Shown here: positions 13,548 through 64,000 of the stretch, in pieces
How the letters are laid out: every line of letters begins with the position of its first letter
Numbering within the stretch: position 1 is the stretch's first letter
Assembly (NCBI GenBank): GCA_965203295.1
Contig: CBDBCZ010000015.1
Location: 480,001-544,000 of the forward strand
DNA length: 64,000 bases
Source of the DNA: Nitrospirales bacterium
GTDB taxonomy: Bacteria; Nitrospirota; Nitrospiria; Nitrospirales; UBA8639
Direction of reading: 5' to 3'
Position numbers and translations under genes: made by a program
The notes under the pieces: generated by a model
What the model was told of the DNA's origin: nothing
Databases searched by the model: none
Seen by the model: the letters and a program-made list of their open reading frames with translations, nothing else

Positions 13548-14472
13548 ACTTTCCAAAAAGTGCAAAAACCAGTCATGTAGGGATGCACTTTCAGCAAAAA
13601 ACACTTCCCCAAAAACCAACGAAACAAGCAACTATGCACACCGGAAGGCATGCACAGCCTACCCACACATCACAGCGCGATGCATTTACCACGTACCTAC
13701 CATCCCTACATCTTTCCAACCACACCCCTCCAATAATGTCTATGTGAGATGGGAATAGTGGGAGTGTCATATATGTGTTGCTAATGAGTGAGTGTGTTGG
13801 CGCATGGTTGTGGAAGGTAGGTAAAAGTGTTGATAATGTAAATGTTGGACAAGTGAGTGGTTGAGGGTGGTGTTTGTAGGGGTTTGGGAGTGTTTGGAGA
13901 TGCATGGTTGAGTGTTGTGGTGTGTGTGGATGTTCTATATAGGGGAGGTCGATGTGGGTTCAAGTGTTTGGCTAGATTGGGAATTGTGGAGTTAAGTGTG
14001 GTGTGTTCGTGTTGGTGTGTGAAGGTTTGTTGCGTTGATATTCATTGGGAGTATGGTTTGTGCTTGTGAGTGTGATTGATGGAGCGGAGTGGGTTTTCAT
14101 GGGAGTAGTGTTGCTGTGGAGGTTTGGGTTGGCTGTAGCGTGGGGTGTTGTGTTTTGTGAAGTATGTAATCATTGTGGATGTGGATGTGAGGGTGGTTGT
14201 TGTGGTATCACGGTTGAGAATGGTGATGATTGTGGATAGTGGTGTGTGTTGAAGGGTGTTGCGTATGGGTGTGTGGTATGGTTTGTGGTGGGTGTGGTTG
14301 GAAAGATGTAGGGATGGTAGGTACGTGGTAAATGCATCGCGCTGTGATGTGTGGGTAGGCTGTGCATGCCTTCCGGTGTGCATAGTTGCTTGTTTCGTTG
14401 GTTTTTGGGGAAGTGTTTTTTGCTGAAAGTGCATCCCTACATGACTGTTTTTTGCACTTTTTGGAAAGTGCT
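13548..14472. repeat. Near-perfect ~180-bp inverted repeat (13548-13727 / 14290-14472) around a GT-rich spacer
   Basis: catgtagggatgcactttcagc...catccctacatctttccaaccacaccc and its reverse complement; related sequence at ~3200, ~9770 and ~28800. Confidence 0.85.
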
Positions 14473-16181
14473 TTTTCTGTAACTTGTTTTGGGGCGTTTT
14501 TTTGGAGATGGCATGAAAGGGTTTGGAGTGTTATGGAGTGTTGACGTTGTTATGAGTGGGATTGGCAGGTAGGTGGTTCTGTGGTGTGAATTGCATTTTG
14601 CATGATGTGTTTTCCATTAAGGATCGTGTGACTGCTGTTGTGATTGATGGTGTGGTTCTTGGGAGATTTCTGAGTTTGGATTGTTTGTACAAGGATGTAC
14701 ATGTACTGAGAAGGAAGTGTTTTATTGTGTATAAAGAAGTTTTGTGATGTATAGTTTTGCAGATGTATGGAAGTATGTGAGCGTGCATGTTGGTACGAGT
14801 GGAATGATATTGGGCGTTGTTGAGGTCATCAGTATAGCTAGAGTGCACTGTGTGTTGGGTGAATTGGGTGAGAAGCGTCCTCAAATGCCGGCTTGAGGTG
14901 AACTATGGCAGCTACTTCTGTTTCAGTGACTGTGTTGCACTCACTACTACAGTGCCATTTCACAGGTTGCTGGCCCATAAATTACTGCCTGCATATACTT
15001 TCAGAGCTGCTGATTTCATTGGCAACTATACATCTGCCATTTGTCATCAAATATGGGAAGTGCACAGGCTCTCTGTACATGCTGAGTTGTCATAAGCTTA
15101 CTGCATGCAAAATACCTTACAATTCCAAGAATATCAGCAAACACACGGTTTTGGATGTAGTAACGCTTACTCTGGGCTCTCTTCTTACGCACATTCGGCA
15201 TGCTTCACGGTTGCAGTCAGTATAATAAGCTCATAAAGGTCCGAACTGGAAGGTCAGTTTGCCGTACCTTAAACCGCAAGACCTCGTGGTTGAGCTTCCG
15301 GTTACGTAATATTATATTTTATGTAACAAAATGGTGTAACGCGAACAGTTTCCGCTCGAGAGTACTCGTGAATGACTGCCGAACCTATTCGTTTCTTTGA
15401 AAACGCTATGCTGCGAGTGCAATACCCCAGAGAATATCCAGCGTCTTCGTGCTTGAATCATTGTGATCGCTTGAGCCGTTATTGTGCTAGCCTGGCTGAA
15501 GAAGAATCAGAATCAGAATCAGAAGATAGGCGAATGTGGCCGATTTGCTACTTACCGGTTTGCTACTTAAGTGATACTATTTAGCAGCGCTAACAGTCTG
15601 ATTAGTGATGAAAACGCCTAATAATAACTGGTAGGGCTCATATTCACCCTAGACTACGCCTACAGCAGAGTTCTGAACATGTCAGTTTGTACACTTTTGA
15701 TGGGGAAGCCATTTCTTTTAGGGGCCATCCCTACATATGGAGTACTACCGTACTCCATGATAGTAACAGGATATACCATGATGATTGTGATAGTACAGGC
15801 ATAATTGCATTGCAGAAGCCAACGTAATGTGTGCAAGGTAAAGTACTGCTTGATGTGGTTTAGCTGTCATAACATATTGCCATGGTAACAGGATATATAA
15901 TAGTTATATCCCTGCAAAAGGTTAGTCTCGCATAGCCAGACTCTTGACGGGAAAGTTAGAGTCTGGTATGGACGCCGCAGTGGACCTGTCAATCTGGAAT
16001 GCGGACGTTGTGCTATGACGACACAAGCAGACAATCAACAAAAGAGATCCGACAGTGAACCTGCTATCTGAATGGTCAGACCATACCATTGACGTAATTT
16101 TTTCATGACGTTTTACAAAGCTTGAATCTGTTTGGCTCGCAATGTGCAGTGCGAGACAGACAAAATCATTATGGCTGGTAC

Positions 16182-16200
16182 TAGCCTCGTACCCAGGCTA
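16182..16200. mobile_element. 19-bp collapsed TAG..CTA element with a perfect 9-bp TSD
   Basis: ggctggtac | tagcctcgtacccaggcta | ggctggtac. Confidence 0.75.
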
Positions 16201-17232
16201 GGCTGGTACTAGATTCTTTTAGTTGGTCTTCAGATCTGGTGTCCAGCACTCACCAATAAGTTGATGCAGCAAGTTGTTAACACCAGTTCCTTGCTGCTGC
16301 TGGCAGTGGACAACAGAGCACACAAGGGGGGGACTCCAGTAGCAATTGAATGTCCAGCCAGTGATTGTCTGCATGTAGACCATGCATTACAGATCCTTCT
16401 AGATCCATCCTCAACAGAGTTTGTCATCTTGGACCATGATCATGAATGAGCAAGCTGATGTCCTAACGTTTGTCTGCTGTCCCAGAGAGAGAACTGCATG
16501 TTCGCTGAATTTCAGCAAGAATTTACATCTTCATCAAATTTATCCATCAAGACGATGCAGTTTTGCAATTGCTCACTATTGGATATCCTATATTCAACCA
16601 CTCATGGTTTTAGGGGTACACCTAATAGTTCAGCAAACTATGGTCCTGTAAACCCACTGAAGGGATTTCAAACTGTCATGGTTTCCAAAAACAGCTGGGT
16701 GCTTCTATACTTGCTCGTCATCCTCTTGCACAAGTTAGCCCTGCCAATACTCAATTGTGCAATGTGTATGTAAAATGAGTCTTTGTCTACAGTACAATAA
16801 CAAATTATTCTCTACGTACATGTAGCTGAAGAAATTCTCTACCTCCAGTTGTCAAATTGCCTGTATCCAATGAGTTTTAAATTCCCATGTCCAAAAACTG
16901 TAACTGAAGTCTGTATCATGTCTAACAAATGTCTGTATCCAAAATAGTTGTATCCAAATGAGGTTTATATCTATACCCAAATGTTAAATATCTGTGACTT
17001 TTGTACCTGATTGAGCCTGTCTACATCTGAATGAGTTGAAGTCTGTATAGACAGATGCCCTCTAGCTGTGCTGCAGACATTATTGAAATTTTATTTCCAG
17101 AAATGCGAGATAATTTCACCAATAACAGCTTAGAGCTACCAAAAAGCATTCTTATGTATATAAAACTATGTTCAATTTGGCAAGGAGGATAGTCATTCAT
17201 TCACGACAGTTATCACGACAGTTTGATGCCTC

Positions 17233-59279
<42,047 letters not shown>

Positions 59280-59420
59280 TATCACCCGCAGCGATTTCAC
59301 CTATCACAGCACAATCGATCATTCTGAATCAGAACCGTTTCAGTTCTGAATCAGTTCTAATTCCGGTGTCAGATCTGGAACGGAGTGTCAGCCGAGCTTC
59401 TGATACATTACTGAGGGCGT
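59280..59420 (-). promoter_or_regulatory. Probable ULK3 5'UTR/promoter, CpG-retaining, with an ETS-like TTCCGG motif
   Basis: Lies immediately upstream of the ATG; CpG is retained relative to the introns; ttccggt at 59361. Confidence 0.4.
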
Positions 59421-60799
59421 ACTGAACTGTATTACATGTGGTCCCTGCTAAATGAAAGCGCATCTGATTCAGACTGCTCATATCTGCTACGGTTGTGTAG
59501 CTGCGTTCTGGTACTAGTGAAAAGTTTCCTGAACTGTGTCACTCTTCAAAAGCCACAGGAATAATAAATTATCCATACTCTTCCATGATACAGATGGTAC
59601 AGGAGACAAAAACTACAGAACAAAAGAAAGGAGAATTACTGATTCATACAACAAATCATTAGTCCAGTCATGGAGAGCTAGAACTACAAATGTCTACATC
59701 ACTATTAAAACGACTGATATTATAGTTTCTACAAGTGTTTGTGCACATATATTATGTATGATAGACACTACTGTCTGAATGCGAGGAGGAGGTACCAGTA
59801 TACTTTATCAGTCAATGTAAGTAATGGACTCTCAAAGTCATCAGTTAGACCATTATTTCAAGCCGCCTAACTAAACAGTGCCATTGATTTATTTCGGCAA
59901 TGCACGCCAGCAGTAGTGTATACTGTTGCTGCAGGGTATACGAAAATACAGCATGTAATGTATGTCTGCATAGACAGTCAATGGACACACTCTCTTAAAG
60001 AGACTGCAGTTACCATACTAACTCATGAAAATACGGATAAGGGATTAACTTCAATGTAAGATGTTATAAAAGCCAGGTATAATTCGACTACTAAAGATAA
60101 ATCAGCATAGAGCCACAGAAGCAATGCCTGGCCTCTGAAGAGCCAAACATTCACTGTTATTACAATACTGGCTAGCGAAGTATCTTCTGGGAGGTCAACG
60201 GTTAGGGATGTAGCTACACGTAACTGTCCCAAAGCATCACCCACAGAACCTGAACATACCCCAGGAAGTCTATTAAATAAGAGGAATAGAAATATATGAC
60301 ATTGTAGTATTCAATAATTTTATCTTGAAATAGACAAGCACAGACGCAAGTTAGACAGACACAAAATAGATCTAACTAGCACATGGTAGGTCAGAGTTTA
60401 GAGTTCGAATTTCCTTCACCACAACATAATTTAAAAACTGTATCGTCTCAGCCTCAATAAAAATATGATCACAAACCTTTCAGAAGAGGAGATGGTTGAG
60501 TGACGGGTACCGATATAGACCTGACTCTTGGACGTTTTGGGGTAGGTGACTAAGCACTTTTCCTTTACTAGTGTAGAGACAGGGGAGGCGTGACAATCAA
60601 TCACTGAAGAAGTGGGAGAATTTGAAGGAGGGATCTAGGCCGTAGAATTGATATTTGGAGTAGCTGTAGAGGGTTCAGTATGACTCTTAGGTTGCGTGGA
60701 CGGAGGGGCTGTGGTAGATGACTGGAGTCTAGTGTAGGGAGACTTTAAATTCTGTGAAGGGATTATGGCCACCGCATGATCCAGCGTAGGGGCCTATGA

Positions 60800-61150
60800 A
60801 AGCAACTAGACAGCATTGTGGATGACTTTGAGCTGGTTCTTTAGTTGTACTTTTATGTCCAGTACTTCTTGCTTCAGTTGAAATACTTCTGCAGTCTGAG
60901 ATACTTCAAGAGCACACTTGCAGTTGCAAATGGGGGGGATATCCCCAGTCTGAGTGGAGCAATGTTTATCGGAAGGAGTACACTGGGATGACACATCACC
61001 AACTGTGATAGAGAAATGCAGATGCAGTTGCAGCCTCTGTACTGTTAAAAGTGCTAGCAATATGTTCCCACTGCGTGCACTTGTTGCATTGGACCATAGG
61101 GCGACCATTTAGATCTTCTTCCACTGCTCCACACCTGCAGTTCACAATGT
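60800..61150 (-). pseudogene. PHD-finger + coiled-coil fragment, probably a decayed LINE ORF1
   Basis: VNCRCGAVEEDLNGRPMVQCNKCTQWEH, then after a frameshift VFQLKQEVLDIKVQL. Confidence 0.4.
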
Positions 61151-62524
61151 CTTGAATTTCTCGGGTGGCATTGTTGTATAGGCACAATAGCCCCAAAACA
61201 GCTATGTGATGTAGAGTAGGGAGGAACACTGAGTACAAAACTAACTTAAGAAAATGTTGTTTACAAGGAGATAATTTCTATGAGACAGAGATGATTTTCA
61301 AAGCAACATACAAGTACTGGTTTGATGTCCTGATTACAGAAGCAAGTTGAAAGAGGTGTATCTATGTTGTCGAGAATATAAGTGACAATTTAACTGCTAC
61401 AGAAGGATCTGTGCATTGTGTCGAGATATACAGTTCAGAAGTGAGGTTTTGGTTGTTTACTATGTATAAAGAGTTTACCTAGACGATCGACCCCTGACAC
61501 TTTATTTTTCGCTAAAATAGTGACCACGAACAGTTAAAATTTGTGGCCTTTCACTGGAAACACTGAAAAAAATAAGTTTATAATCATTCACTAAAATAAT
61601 TGTGACTGTTAATAGTTAATGGTTCAGTATAGCTATAGTGCCTATATAATTTTAAAAGATCTGGTACACACTGTTAGCCATAATCTGTGCATTTCAAAAG
61701 CAAATCACTAAAAGAGTCACTGTGAATTTTATTTCATGGTCGATCGGCCAAAGAAATATGGTCCTTCACTGAAAGAACTATCGAAGTTATTTGTTTCTTT
61801 TTCTTTCAGTGAAGGGCCGAGAGCAAGTTCAAGGTTTGTATAATTATGGTGAAGGACCATGAAGTATGAATCTCATCACAGTCACTATTGATATATTTAC
61901 AGTAATGTAAAGGGTGAAGCCTGAAGGTTAATACCCAGAAACCATGGTAGAGTCTGCTGGCAGTTGTTGACATTCCTACCTGAGTACCCCCTAAAAGGAA
62001 GGATGTGCCCCCAGTATTGGACTTGCTTCCTAAAATCAAATAGAGTCATTGAACCTTACAACTAGACTTGGGGACAAAAGATATGCACCTGTACCTCTGG
62101 TTAGGGTGGGGCAGGTGTTTTGAGCTGAGCATTTGAATGGGACGCTGCAGTCCCAGCGGATGTGGTGGACTATGTTAACACAATTGAGCACGTTGGGGTG
62201 GGACCAGCGTTTGCAGCCGAATGGACACGGGAATTGCTCTCCTATGATGAAAGAATTGTATAGGATTGGACAGATTAGAAGTAGGGGAGGGGTTGCACCA
62301 ATACATCAGATTGGGGTAGGGCTGGTGTATCAGTGCACGTGGCAACCCTTGGAAGTAACAGCATCAATGTGGTGGAGTTGCTCTCCTATTGTGAAAAATA
62401 AGCAAACAATATTGGACAGTTTAAAAAAAACTAAATCATTAGTACAGCAGAATCAATGCGACATAGGATGGGGTACCTGTTGCTGTGGTTGAGGTAGGGA
62501 TGATCTCTTACCACCATGCTAGGC

Positions 62525-62585
62525 TAGTCTTGTGACCAGCTGGAAGAAAAGTTCGGAACCTTTCTTCCGGCCGGTCACGAGACTA
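62525..62585. mobile_element. 61-bp TAG..CTA hairpin MITE with a degenerate ~10-bp TSD
   Basis: catgctaggc | tagtcttgtgaccagc...gccggtcacgagacta | catgcatggc. Confidence 0.6.
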
Positions 62586-63359
62586 CATGCATGGCACCCT
62601 ACACTATGCTTAGGGGGAGAATGGTCAGTGTCTGGGAATGAGGCTAACTATATTCACCCTGAAAAAAATGGCATGCCTGTTCCATGCCTGTTTCATATAA
62701 ATTTAGGCATGTCTTTTTATTAGTAGTTTTATCTGTCTTGGCATGGAAACAGTGCAGTGAGGAATCATGGAGGAATAGCAAGCATGCTATTGATAATTTC
62801 TTGGAGCTTGAGTGTTCCTTCGCGTAAACTGCCACTGCGTAGGAATCCTCAACGTTGCCGCTCTCCAGCTAGCTAGCTGTCTTCTACTGCAGCAGTAGTT
62901 CCCCCAACTATAGAGTCCATGTAGTCTTGTCTATGGTAGACTATAATCAAGTGCTCGACAGCTAATGCATGGATGATGTAATGAAATTTTTGTTCGCAAT
63001 TGCAAATTCCGCCATTACTTATTTACAGCCAGTGTTGGAAGTACTTCACCAATTCACTCCCGTTAAATTTTCTAGCTATACATTATGCATGTGTGTTAGA
63101 CGCATTTTGTGTATATGCTCAATTGTACTGCACATTTCATGAATTCATGTCAATTTAGGGTCAGGGTTAGACTTAGGGTTAGGGTAAGGGCTAGGGTTAG
63201 ACCTACAAATAAGGTTAGTTTGTAGATTTATAGAATGTGCAGTGCAATTTATGAAATGCACAACGCAATTTTACAAATAGTTCTGATTCTTAGAACATAT
63301 TCATGTATTCAGCACTGTAGCCATGTTTACACGTATGACTCTTCCATTATTCTGTGTAG

Positions 63360-63433
63360 GAGAAGCTGGTGAATTTGACACTGCAGAGCAGCGAGAAAGA
63401 GATATCGTCAGGCAGAGGCTCAGCGCTAGAGGA
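63360..63433 (+). other. Possible internal exon of an unidentified plus-strand gene
   Basis: ttctgtgtag| ~74 nt open in two frames |gtgagt; no product recognised. Confidence 0.3.
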
Positions 63434-64000
63434 GTGAGTTGATTTCATTAGTGGTTGAGGGGGGAAGGGAAGGGAAACACAACATCTGGCAACTTGAGTT
63501 TAGAAAGCTACGTACATGCTGAAAAGGGGCTATTGATAAGGTGGAGTGAGCTCCCATTTGCATGTTAGCACAAGACGACATGCATGGTACCCTAGACTAT
63601 ATACCTGGTCATACCACAGCCATCCTTTGGTCTCCAGGAAATGGGTACCATTCAAACAGTTGGAATCACGATTGCTATCAAAGTCATAAAGCATATACAT
63701 ACGTAATATGGGGGAGTGGGCCTCAAACAGCTCAGCAGTTACCATTGAATAGCCTCATCTATCTCACATTGAGTGTAACAAAGTCAGCAGAAAATCTTAT
63801 AGGTAAATGTGGTTGATACTTTTACTACAAGTCACATGATTTGTAACAGTATTGAGTATTGTGTGTCACATGATAAACGCCATGTTAGGACTACAAGTCA
63901 CGTGGTAAACAGCAGTATATAGCACTACTCGAGAGTAATGTGCAGATAGGCAGACGGCTTGGATTGCTATAGCTGAGGATGCATAGTACCTCAAGATAAA

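Noticed and set aside
13591..14884. His/Thr/Pro-rich and Val/Gly/Cys-rich ORFs
   Set aside because: These are compositional artefacts of the GT/AC-skewed tract.
16230..16780. Coding-looking stretch downstream of ULK3
   Set aside because: The frames I translated contain stops and no recognisable motif.
59280..59300. ORF-track start MKSLRVI for ULK3
   Set aside because: It uses a GTG start; the first in-frame ATG is at 59279.

Overview
This is eukaryotic (animal) genomic DNA rich in transposable elements; the style suggests an early-branching marine invertebrate such as a sponge, but that is inference. The one gene I could fully reconstruct is a 16-exon ULK3 orthologue on the minus strand (59279->17233): kinase domain, two MIT domains and a C-terminal CRLQ CaaX-like motif, 464 aa, with GT-AG introns and consistent phases throughout. 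The six-frame ORF track mostly misses it. The introns and left flank hold nested non-autonomous or decayed elements: an Academ-type element with long TIRs and a 4-bp TSD, several Helentron/HINE families, tiny TAG...CTA hairpin MITEs with 9-bp TSDs, and P, hAT, Kolobok, piggyBac-like, pogo-like, LINE and CRE remnants. The most unusual signal is a set of largely unrelated palindromic elements that share a strand-specific hairpin tip: a GNA triloop closed by a GC stem plus tandem G.A mismatches, suggesting a folded single-stranded-DNA recognition site. A candidate 13.3-kb long-TIR element with a 7-bp near-TSD spans 2415-15759. No prokaryotic systems (CRISPR, operons) are supported. All calls were made by eye, without database searches.
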